Assembly: GCA_046563655.1 (NCBI GenBank)
Contig: JAJCTO010000009.1
Span: 372,001 to 436,000, forward strand
Reading direction: 5' to 3'
DNA length: 64,000 nucleotides
DNA from: Yuukianura sp. NJ FZ-2021
Lineage: Eukaryota
Made by a program: the position numbers and the translations under genes. How positions within the stretch are numbered: the stretch's first letter is position 1; each line of letters begins with the position of its first letter. Below are positions 50,100-60,251 of the stretch, piece by piece. Below the pieces are notes generated by a model. That model saw only the letters and a list, made by a program, of their open reading frames with translations. It was not told where the DNA came from and ran no database searches.

Positions 50100-53000
50100 A
50101 TGAGAAGTCGTCCATCATTCACCCTACCTTAGTTCAAGTTTCGGACGATTTAATTCCTTTTGTGACTGTGGCGAATGAAGATTCGAAATTTTTGGCTATT
50201 TTCGACACGGGATGTTCGCAGTCACTCATTGATGTACAGTTATGTGAAAAGTTGCAGTCAGTTGTAGTTCCATTAAAAAATAAATCTACAACAATGATGA
50301 ATAGTCAGAAGCTGCGTCTCATTGGCTTCTGTTTTGTGTATATAAAAATTGGTGGTCGAACTTTCAAGTCAAAGTTTTTTGTGGCCGAGGGTTTGCCAGT
50401 TAAGTGTGTGTTAGGTTCTGATTTTTGTTTTCAGAACGACATTGTAATTAGATTGAGAAGTAAGGAGTTTTGGTTTGGTGACAATGGAAGTCAGAAATTC
50501 AAATTGACTTCCACTACAGAAACAACCGGTACTGCGTTGTTTTCAGTGGCTTTACCAGAAAGTCACAATCAAGATAGTGAAGTGAAAGTGAGAGTTCAGC
50601 GTGTTCTAGAGAAATTTCCAACGGTCGTCCGGAGTGATGGGAAGTTGGGAAGGACGGACCTGACTCATCATGTCATAGAAGATGAAGGGTGTGTAGTTGA
50701 TCGCGGCCATAAGATGTGCAGAATTCAAGTGAGAATGGATTTGAAATGATGTGAACGATGTTGAGATGAATCCAGTAATGTCAAATAAACCAATTACTTT
50801 TAATTAAATACTTAAATGAAAAGAAAAACAATTAATTGAAAGTTGAATTGAAAGATCGAATTGAATTGTTAGAGAATTCTAAGACTGATTTAATTGTGTA
50901 TGTATTCTATGCTATGTACTATTGTTGAAGACGTGGAGCTGACGTGGAGGAATAGGCGGAGCAAGTAATGCGCATAACTAAGCTCCTGCTCTTTCCACTT
51001 CTTAATACTACACTTAAATCTATAGGAGAAGTGTTGAAATTAAAGAGAAAATAATTCTGACGCTAACGCCAGAACACCGGCCCCCATTTGGACACTAGGG
51101 TCCAAATCAAAATAAAATAGAATTGAAAAAGTTACAAGTTCAAATCTGAAGGAGTTGAAAGTGGATTGAGAAGAGGATAAGCAGTTTGGTGATTTGGTGA
51201 CCCAGGAGGTGGACTAGGTCTCCTTTCCAGCCAAGCGGAACTGGATTATTGGCCTTTGCTAGACCCTACACCAAATGCCTCTCCAGGATTGAAAGATATA
51301 GAAATTGATGTTCAGATCTGAAATTGTATCAAAAATAGAATTGAAATTACTCGAAAGTGGCCTTGTTCTGGTGTTGCACCTTAACCTAAAATACCCATTA
51401 ATCTAAAACTCTACAATTACGCTACTTTAAGTGGTAAATTGAAAAGTTAAAATTAAGAATACACTAAAATGAATAAAATTATTGCAGTTACGGATCTGGA
51501 GATAGAAGTGGACAGATTTTGACAATTGGTCGTTTGAATGTATGTAGTTTTGGCTTCTTGGTTTTCTCATCGAATGTAGTGTACTTCACTTCAACAGTGC
51601 GGACAAGATCATCGTTTCCTGGGAAGACTGCAGTGACTCTGGCCATCTTCCATTTGAGTGGTGGATGATTGTCATCTTTCAGCAGCACTAATTCTCCGAT
51701 TTTGACATTTTCAGTAGGTGAATCCCACTTCCTCCGTTCTTGAAGAGTATGAACGTACTCAATACTCCATTTCTTCCAAAAGTGTTCCAAGATGAACTGG
51801 ACATGCTGCCACCGAGACAAACGATTCTCCTTGAGGTGGAGTAGACTTGGTTCCGGTATGGCAGTGAGAGGACGACCGATTAGGAAATGACCAGGAGTGA
51901 GTACTTGAAAATCATCCGGATCATCTGACATGGCATAGAGTGGTCTGGAGTTGAGAACTGATTCGATCATGGCTAGGATGGTGTAGAACTCTTCCAGTGT
52001 CAGACATTGAGTTCCCACGGTACGTTTAAGATGAAACTTGGTAGATTTGACACAAGCTTCCCAGAGTCCACCCATGTGTGGAGCGTTTGGTGGGTTCAGC
52101 TTCCACTCTATCCCTTGGTTGCCTAAAAAATCGCTAATTTCATCATTAGACTTTTCCAATAGACTAACCCATTCAGACATTTCGTTTTTGGCTCCGACGA
52201 AGTTACTTCCACAGTCAGAGTAGATTGCAGTCGGTAATCCTCGTCGTGCTACGAACCGCTTCAAAGTGCCAATGAAAGTCTCAGTGTCGAGGCCTGTTAC
52301 CGGTTCAATGTGAACCGCTTTGGTACTAAAACAAATGAAAACACAAAAGTACACATCAAATTGTTTTTTACCTCTACCCTTGGTTTCTGATGCTTTCATT
52401 GGTCCTCCAAAGTCAAGTCCAGTGTGACTAAATGGTGGTGATGGGGTTACTCGTGGTTTTGGTAGATTTCCCATCAGCTGACTGTAAGTTTTGGCACGGA
52501 GCCTTTTGCACATTATGCATTGATGGAGCTGCTGACGAACAGTGACACGGGCTCGAATGATCCAAAATTGCTGTCGTAGGCTACTCCACAGTAGTTGATA
52601 ACTGGCGTGATGCAGTTTGATGTGGTAATTCCAAATGATCAGTCTGGTCAATGGGTGATTTCCAAACAGAATCAATTGATGTTTCTTCTCCTCTGGTTCT
52701 TGTGAGTTTTTGAGTCTTCCACCGACTCTTAGGATACCGTCCTTGTCCAAAAATGGGCTGAGATAGGATAATTGACTACGATTAGACAATTCTTTTCCGA
52801 CTTTCAGTTTCTTGATCTCTTTGCCGTAACACTCTCGTTGAGCCTCCCGGATGGAGATTATGAATCCATGGTGGATTTCAGTAGCTGAAAGTGGTCCAGT
52901 TGAACGATTTCCAGTTTTTGAATTCCTACAGTTGCTAATAAATCGTAAGACATACGCCATGGCTCGTTTAAGCCGAATGACATTAGAAAACCTTTCAAAC

Positions 53001-56000
53001 ATGGATGAATTGATTAAACCCAAATTGACCATTACTTTTTCACCTTTTAATTCCAAGTCAGGCTCACTTACTTCCCCCGACTCAAAATTAGGTAATTTTA
53101 CAGACTCACATAGAAATGACGGTCCTTTGAACCAGAGATTTGAGTTGATTAGTTCCTCTGCTGGGATTCCTCGTGTCCCAAGATCAGCAGGGTTGATTTT
53201 ACCAGGAATAAATCTCCATGACTCGGCAGGGAGTACGTCCTGGATTTCTGAAATTCGATTGGCGACGAATGTTTTGAACTTACGAGACCGGTTTCGTAGC
53301 CAATGTAGTACAATTTCACTGTCGCTCCAGCAAGTGATGGGACATTGGAGTTTCAGAGCTTCAGTGACTTGAGTCATCAGTCGTGTCAGGAGAAGGGCTC
53401 CACAGAGTTCCAGACGAGGAATTGAGATTTGTTTGATTGGAGCTACCTTCGTCTTGGCAGCGATGATGTTAGTGTAGATTTCGTTTCCACGAATCGAGCG
53501 GGCGTAGACAACTGCACAGTAAGCAGATTCGGATCCATCCGAGAATCCGTGGAGCTCCACGAACTCAGCAGTGCCTAAAAACAGGAACCTGGGGATTCTA
53601 ACATTCTCAATTAGTTTTACCCCTTGTTCAAAGTCGATCCATGGTTGAAGTAAGGCTCGAGGTATCTCTTGGTCCCACGTTAGGATGTGACTCTTTCCAT
53701 CGGTTTCAACTGGTGTCCAAAGTTTCTGGAAGTAGAGTTTAATTGACACAGTGAACGGAGATAACATACCGAGTGGGTCGAAGACACGGCTCATGGACGA
53801 AAGTACAGAGCGTTTAGTAGCTTTTTCTTCGGCTACTGGTGTGTATCCAGAGAAATGAAAGACGTCATCGGTTGAATTCCAACAAACACCTAAAGCTCGG
53901 ACATGATTAGAATCTGATTTTACACTAGGATTTTTACCACGTAGAGTTTCTGGAATGAAGTTGAGTAGTTCAGAGTCGTTTGAGTCCCACTGCCGGATTT
54001 CAATATTGGATGATTCCAATAACTTGGAGAGCTCATTGTAGATTTGAACTCCCTCGGCCGTAGACTTTGCATTTCCAAGGAGATCATCAACGTAGAATCT
54101 TTCCCTAAGGACCTCCGCCCCCTTTGGAAATGCCTGAGAATTGGAATTAGCAATTTCATTCAAACACCTTACCGCAAGGAATGGCGCTGAACTAGTGCCG
54201 TAAGTGACCGTTTTGAGACGGTACTCTTTGACTGGTTCTGACTCTGACGTTCTCCAGAAAATCCTTTGATAGTCTTGATGAGATTTTGAAATTCCAAACT
54301 GACGGTACATCTTTGTAATGTCCGCCTTAAGAGCGATCGGGTCTGACCTAAAATTGATTAAGTGCGCAAAAATGTCTTTTTGCACCGTTGGACCTACCAA
54401 TTGACACTCGTTGAAAGTAATTCCGGTTGTTGTCTTTGCTGAGCCATCGAAGACAACACGAAGTTTGGTAGTACTGGAAGTCTCCTTCAGTACAAAATGA
54501 TGAGGAAGGTAGTTAGTTTTACCAATTTTCTCACCACACTCGGAGTCTGGAATTGGTTCCATGTGACCCAGTTCTTCGTATTGCTCCATGAAGCGATGGT
54601 ACTCGGGTTTCAGATCCGGAAATTGCTTTAGTCGCTTCTCGAGATTATAGAATCTCCGTAATGCCATGGTTCTAGACCCACCTAAAATGTCAATCTTGGG
54701 ATTAAATGGAAAACTTACTTGGAGTCTACCATCTTCTCCTTTAGTGTGAGTTTGAACAAAGTGTTTTTCAGCGTCATCTTCGTCTTTGGTGAGGTGAGGA
54801 CGATTTGGTACATCCTCAATTTCCCAAAACTTTGGAATTGGATCCTCGGTCACAATTTGGATGTGATGAGATGAAACAGACCTAGAAGGAAAGTTAATTG
54901 GACCAGATACAACCCACCCGAATTTTGTTTCCTCAGCAATTGGTTGAGTAAGCGGTCCTTCTGATCTCTTCCCCGTCTTAAGGTAAGCGACAAACTCAGC
55001 ACCCATCAGAATGTCAATGTCTCCTGGCTCCAGAAAATGGGGGTCAGCTAATCGCAGATTTGAGATGTGACTCCATTCCATTTTCTCACATTTGAATGAG
55101 GGAATTGTACCTGTGATTTTGTTAAGCACTAGAGCATTGACATTTACATGAAAATTAGTTACCCGAGAATTGACAATGAAATTTACCTCACCAAGTGCCT
55201 TACCGACACTTGCACCTGACACTCCAGTAATTGAAACGTTGGACTTAGTTTTGATTAAACCAAGTCGTTTGACACAATCATTTGTGATCATACTTGATTC
55301 AGAGCCCTGATCAAGCAGAACACGACATTGAACCAACTCACCATCAGAGTCCATGACGTCAACCACTGCCGTAGAGAGTAAGACTCTAGCAGACGATGAT
55401 TGAAGTGAATTGGTTGTTGACCCTTGAGATGAAGTTGATGGAGCAGTAGATTTGTTGTCATCTGATTTTTCAAAATGAAGCGTGGTGTGATGACGGCCTT
55501 TACATTTTAGGCACCGGAACTTTCCTTTGCAGTCCTTGCCCCAATGACCTGATTTTAAGCAGTTTATGCACAATGACTTACTTCCCACGAATTTTGAACG
55601 TTCCTCCGTTGACAATTTCAGATAATCCCCACATTTGTAGAGACCATGATCTGTGGACTGGCACATTGGGCATTTTCGCAGAGGTTGAGTTGGTCTGGAA
55701 GATTCAGTAGGCAATGATGACACCGATTGATTTGATTCCGATACGGTAGGCTTGGATGCCACATTAGCCTTCTTCTCTGCTGGTTTTCCACCCTCTGAAT
55801 TTGATTTGGTTGTTGTGGTGGTAGACGCAAGCAGACCTCTAACGTAATCTTCCAAAAATTCCATGACTTCTGCCAATTTTGGTACATTGGTCCCTTTGAG
55901 AGACTTTGCCCAGTCCCTTTTGCATTCTGGAGGGAGACGTTCCACTAGATGAAAAACTAAAATCGAATCCCACGAATTAACAGGCTCCTTTAGATTTGAT

Positions 56001-59000
56001 AAGGATCTGCAACACTCATTGAAATTGTCAATTAGTTTCCTGAGATTCTGGGAATTCTCATTGGTGATTGGTTTTGTGCTCAGCAGTTGTTTGAGAATTG
56101 AGAACACAATTTCCCGGTTGTTCTCATATCTGGATTTCACCAAATTCCATGCTTCTTCAAAATTGTTGTTTGTACTGCTGAAGTTGCGAATGATTAGTTC
56201 AGCCTCGCCCTTGAGAGTAGGTTTGAGGTAGCCGAACTTCTCACATCCCGAGAGTTGATTGTTTTCAACGATGTAAGTGGTTATGAGATCACGGTAGGCT
56301 GGCCACTTCTCATACCTTCCATCAAATGTGGGTAGTTCAAGTTTTGGTAGCTTGACCCTTGACCCAGCAGTGGCAGAGGCGGCAGCTTGTGACTCAATTG
56401 AATACAAGACATCATTGATTTGGTCAATCATTTCGTTGCTCACGTTAGCAGCAGTAGCTTGAGCCATGACTTGAGCATCGTTCTGACAGCAGGCGAAGAG
56501 AGACGAACTCAACTCGGAGAGAGACGACTCCAGTTTGGTTAGTTTTCTTCTGTCGGAAGCGATGACTGATTTTGTGGCCTTACTCGGGTCATCTGCATAT
56601 TCAGTGACCTTGTTGAAGAGGAATTGAATGTTGATATCGAGTCCCTTGTGCATCATGCGTAGTCTGGTCATTTCAGGATCTATCGTTGGAATAGCGATTG
56701 ATTTGGAGGATGATGCAGACTCGGTAGTTTTCGACTTAGTAACGACTGGTACGGGGATTCTTGGAGCAGTTTGTGGATTGACTTCAGTTGACACTGGTGG
56801 TGTCACCGGATCCTCCTCTGTTTGAGATCTAAGTTTTGATTTAGACCGAGTCTCCATTCCTTCTGTATTGTTGTCTGACATACTGAAACTACTCACTCAA
56901 ATGGCGAAAGTTAAACACACCTACAACCTTTAATGTTAGGTCAATTGATTAATGCTCGTTGGTTACTGATACCGGTTACCAAAGATCCAACGAACCGTCT
57001 TTCGGCACCATGTAGTTGATCGCGGCCATAAGATGTGCAGAATTCAAGTGAGAATGGATTTGAAATGATGTGAACGATGTTGAGATGAATCCAGTAATGT
57101 CAAATAAACCAATTACTTTTAATTAAATACTTAAATGAAAAGAAAAACAATTAATTGAAAGTTGTATTGAAAGATCGAATTGAATTGGTAGAGAATTCTA
57201 AGACTGATTGAATTGTGTATGTATTCTATGCTATGTTCTATTGTTGAAGACGTGGAGCTGACGTGGAGGAATAGGCGGAGCAAGTAATGCGCATAACTAA
57301 GCTCCTGCTCTTTCCACTTCTTAATACTACACTTAAATCTATAGGAGAAGTGTTGAAATTAAAGAGAAAATAATTCTGACGCTAACGCCAGAACAGGGTG
57401 TCCGCCAGCAAGGAACCCTTACAGAAGGTCCCCAGAAATGCAAAAGATCATCAATGATCAAATCCAAGAAATGTTGAAGGAAGGTCTAATCAGACCTTCA
57501 AGGTCACCGTATGCAGCTCCAGTTGTGGTGGTACCAAAGAAAGACGGCAGTAAAAGGCTCTGTGTGGACTATACGTTGCTCAACCAGCAAACGAAGACGA
57601 ATGCTGCGCCTATGGAGAGTGCTCATTCCATTTTACACACAATTCCTGCTGGTTATTGGTACACAGTGATTGATCTTGCGAAAGGATATTGGCAAGTCAA
57701 GTTGCATCCGGACAGTGTAGAAAAGTCAGCGTTTGTGACTCAAGATGGCCACTACGAGTTTTTAGTGATGCCATTCGGATTAAAAAACAGTCCAAAGACG
57801 TGTCAGCAGTTGATGCGGAAAGTCATCCAAGGATTCTCCAAGTTTGCAAAGTGCTACATGGACGATATCATTTTGTTCAGTAAGACTCTGGATGAACATT
57901 TAGTGCATTTGGAAAAAGTGCTGAGTAGGTTGAAGATGGCAGGACTCACCATCAGTCCTCAGAAGTTGCAGTGTTGTAGGAGAGAGGTTGATGTGTTGGG
58001 CCATCGTTTGACAGAACATGGTCTTCAAAAGTGTCCTAAAAAAGTGAGTGCCATAGTGGATTTTCCTACTCCGAAGAACGTCAAAGAAGTGCAAAGTTTC
58101 CATGGAATGACTCAGTGGTATGCTCCGTTTATTGAACATTTTGCTGCAAAGGCAGAGCCACTGTACCGACTTCTAAGGAAGAATCAACCATGGGTTTGGG
58201 GAGCAGAACAGGAGAAGTCGTTCCAGTCACTAAAAGAGTCAATGTGCAATGATGTGATGTTACATGCAGTTGACTACGACCATCCGATTTTGTTAAAGTG
58301 CGATGCGTCGAATTATGGGTTGGGTGCGGCCTTAACTCAAGTGATTAATGGTGTGGAGAGACCAGTGATGTTTATCAGTAAAACACTCCGAAAATCAGAA
58401 ATTCGGTACCACATTTATGAAAAAGAGTTGTTCGCGATTATTTGGGCCTACCGGAAGCTCAGAGAATACATTGAAGGTCAGAAGTTCACAATTATAACTG
58501 ACAACAAAGCCTTATCATTCCTCAACAAGATGAAGGAGCGGAAAGCAAAATTGGCTTTGTGGGATTCGGAGATCAAGTCATGGGGTGTCGACATCAAGCA
58601 TCGCTCCGGGAAGGATAATGTGGAGGCGGACGCGCTTTCACGTGCTCCAGTTCCTGTCGATGAAGCGGACCTCGATTTTGAAGATGATTCCCCGGCGTAC
58701 ATGTACTCGCCAACGGCCGTGGCGTTACTGTCGTTTGATACTCCTACGATCCAGAGGATGAAAGACGAACAACGAAGAGATCCTGATTTAGTGAAAGTGA
58801 TCAGTGACATTGAAAGTGGTAAAAGTGTAAAAAGTTACGTCCTAAAGAATGGCGTACTAGGCAGAGAAGTCAAGAGTTTTGACTTCTATTCCGATAATGG
58901 TTTCTGCGGAGACATTATCGAGGGGCGGTGTGCGGAAACGAGGCCTCAATCTTCCGACATCACTCTAGAGGACGTTGACAAAAAAGAGTTCAGCAGTTCC

Positions 59001-60248
59001 TCAGCTCCTAAAAGTGAGCTCATTCAGGTGCCAGTGGTACCAAGGGTCATGATACCCGAAATAATGAAGTTACTTCATGATGTGCCAGAAGCAGCGCATC
59101 TTGGCATCAAAGCCACAAAAGTAAAAATCAAGAGAAGATTTTTCTGGAAAAACATGAATAAGGACATCAGTGATTATGTAAAATCGTGTCCAGTTTGTCA
59201 AGCGGTCAAGTCTTGCAACTACAAGCCCTTTGGTTTACTTCAAGCAGTGGTGCCTCCAACTAAAGTGTTTGAGAAAATCTACATCGATTTTCTAGGGCCC
59301 CTGCCAAGATCTTCAAATCAAAATGAGTATTTGTTCGTCGTGGACGACGATTTATCCAAGTGGGTGGAGTTATTCCCGATGCGGAAAGCAAAATCGAAAA
59401 AAGTTGTGCAAGTGTTAGTGGATGAAATTTTTTGTCGTTATGGTACTCCGAAAACAGTTGTGTCGGACAATGGAAGCCAATTTTTCTCCAAAGTGATGAT
59501 TAAAATGGCTAAGGACTGGAAGATCAACCATGTTCCTGTTAGTCCGTACCATGCGCAAGCTAACACAGTCGAAAGGGTCAATCGGAACCTTAAGCCTATG
59601 CTCCAGGCTTATGTCGACAAGAATCATAGATCATGGGACCAGCATCTCCAGAAGTTCGCGTTGGCTCTTAGAACTTCTGTACATTCGACTACTAAAGTGA
59701 CTCCTGCGTTACTAAATTTAGGTCGTGAGATTCCGCTGCCCCTTGATAGGAACTTACAAAGTGATGGTGACAGGGAAGTCCGGAAGTTAGGACTTCTACC
59801 TGCTCAATTGGAAGAAATTATTCAGTTCGTGAGGAAGAACATGGAAGAAGCACATGAGCATAATATCAAGAATTATGACTCTAAACATCAAGAAGGAAAC
59901 TTTCAAGTTGGTGATTTAGTGCTTATTAAAAATCATTCGTTGTCAGACAAGAAGAAAGGAATTGCTAAAAAATTAGACCCTCGTTACATTGGTCCATACC
60001 AAATTAGTGAAGTGTTAACCCCAGTGACCTTCAAACTTGTGACATTGCCTGAAAAAACTAATTTTGGAAAGCGTCATGTGTCGGAGTTGAAGCCTTATAC
60101 TGTTCGCACGTCGCAGTTTGCGGTTCCGAAAATTCCCACTAAGTCAGAGGATTGGTCGGACTCGGAAGAGGAAGCGAACTCTGGAGGAAGAACTTTGAGG
60201 AAAAAAGTTCGGCTCAACTATCGCACGCTCGCTGGATACAGAAATTAA
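50078..60248 (+). CDS. pol: Gypsy Pol (PR-RT-RNase H-IN), split by the BEL insertion at 50692-57400
   Basis: Protease FDTGC, RT YMDD, RNase H CDAS/EKELFAI/TDNK, integrase HHCC plus DFLGP/SDNGSQF/ERVNR and a GPY motif. Removing BEL and one TSD restores ...HHVIEDEGCPPARNPYRRSPEMQK... in frame. Confidence 0.95.
50692..57395 (-). mobile_element. Full-length BEL/Pao LTR retrotransposon nested antisense in Gypsy pol; TSD GGGTG
   Basis: 385-bp LTRs at 50692-51076 and 57011-57395. GGGTG is duplicated at 50687-50691 and 57396-57400. Minus-strand PBS TGGTGCCGAAA (tRNA-Phe-like, 57000-57010) and a G-rich PPT at 51077-51086. Confidence 0.97.
51488..56896 (-). CDS. BEL/Pao Gag-Pol polyprotein (about 1800 aa), uninterrupted
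   Basis: KLPKLELPTFDG gag, three Cys/His knuckles, protease LLDQGS, RT YVDD, Pao-type RNase H FSDGS, and integrase (GLDFGGP, SDCGSNF, GGLWE). Confidence 0.97.
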   Translation of the reverse strand: MSSFSMSDNNTEGMETRSKSKLRSQTEEDPVTPPVSTEVNPQTAPRIPVPVVTKSKTTESASSSKSIAIPTIDPEMTRLRMMHKGLDINIQFLFNKVTEYADDPSKATKSVIASDRRKLTKLESSLSELSSSLFACCQNDAQVMAQATAANVSNEMIDQINDVLYSIESQAAASATAGSRVKLPKLELPTFDGRYEKWPAYRDLITTYIVENNQLSGCEKFGYLKPTLKGEAELIIRNFSSTNNNFEEAWNLVKSRYENNREIVFSILKQLLSTKPITNENSQNLRKLIDNFNECCRSLSNLKEPVNSWDSILVFHLVERLPPECKRDWAKSLKGTNVPKLAEVMEFLEDYVRGLLASTTTTTKSNSEGGKPAEKKANVASKPTVSESNQSVSSLPTESSRPTQPLRKCPMCQSTDHGLYKCGDYLKLSTEERSKFVGSKSLCINCLKSGHWGKDCKGKFRCLKCKGRHHTTLHFEKSDDNKSTAPSTSSQGSTTNSLQSSSARVLLSTAVVDVMDSDGELVQCRVLLDQGSESSMITNDCVKRLGLIKTKSNVSITGVSGASVGKALGEVNFIVNSRVTNFHVNVNALVLNKITGTIPSFKCEKMEWSHISNLRLADPHFLEPGDIDILMGAEFVAYLKTGKRSEGPLTQPIAEETKFGWVVSGPINFPSRSVSSHHIQIVTEDPIPKFWEIEDVPNRPHLTKDEDDAEKHFVQTHTKGEDGRLQVSFPFNPKIDILGGSRTMALRRFYNLEKRLKQFPDLKPEYHRFMEQYEELGHMEPIPDSECGEKIGKTNYLPHHFVLKETSSTTKLRVVFDGSAKTTTGITFNECQLVGPTVQKDIFAHLINFRSDPIALKADITKMYRQFGISKSHQDYQRIFWRTSESEPVKEYRLKTVTYGTSSAPFLAVRCLNEIANSNSQAFPKGAEVLRERFYVDDLLGNAKSTAEGVQIYNELSKLLESSNIEIRQWDSNDSELLNFIPETLRGKNPSVKSDSNHVRALGVCWNSTDDVFHFSGYTPVAEEKATKRSVLSSMSRVFDPLGMLSPFTVSIKLYFQKLWTPVETDGKSHILTWDQEIPRALLQPWIDFEQGVKLIENVRIPRFLFLGTAEFVELHGFSDGSESAYCAVVYARSIRGNEIYTNIIAAKTKVAPIKQISIPRLELCGALLLTRLMTQVTEALKLQCPITCWSDSEIVLHWLRNRSRKFKTFVANRISEIQDVLPAESWRFIPGKINPADLGTRGIPAEELINSNLWFKGPSFLCESVKLPNFESGEVSEPDLELKGEKVMVNLGLINSSMFERFSNVIRLKRAMAYVLRFISNCRNSKTGNRSTGPLSATEIHHGFIISIREAQRECYGKEIKKLKVGKELSNRSQLSYLSPFLDKDGILRVGGRLKNSQEPEEKKHQLILFGNHPLTRLIIWNYHIKLHHASYQLLWSSLRQQFWIIRARVTVRQQLHQCIMCKRLRAKTYSQLMGNLPKPRVTPSPPFSHTGLDFGGPMKASETKGRGKKQFDVYFCVFICFSTKAVHIEPVTGLDTETFIGTLKRFVARRGLPTAIYSDCGSNFVGAKNEMSEWVSLLEKSNDEISDFLGNQGIEWKLNPPNAPHMGGLWEACVKSTKFHLKRTVGTQCLTLEEFYTILAMIESVLNSRPLYAMSDDPDDFQVLTPGHFLIGRPLTAIPEPSLLHLKENRLSRWQHVQFILEHFWKKWSIEYVHTLQERRKWDSPTENVKIGELVLLKDDNHPPLKWKMARVTAVFPGNDDLVRTVEVKYTTFDEKTKKPKLHTFKRPIVKICPLLSPDP

Positions 60249-60251
60249 CAC

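Noticed and set aside
50692..50749. C-terminal part of the 218-aa protease ORF (VVDRGHKMCRIQ...)
   Set aside because: This is read-through into the BEL LTR; the true pol continues at 57401.
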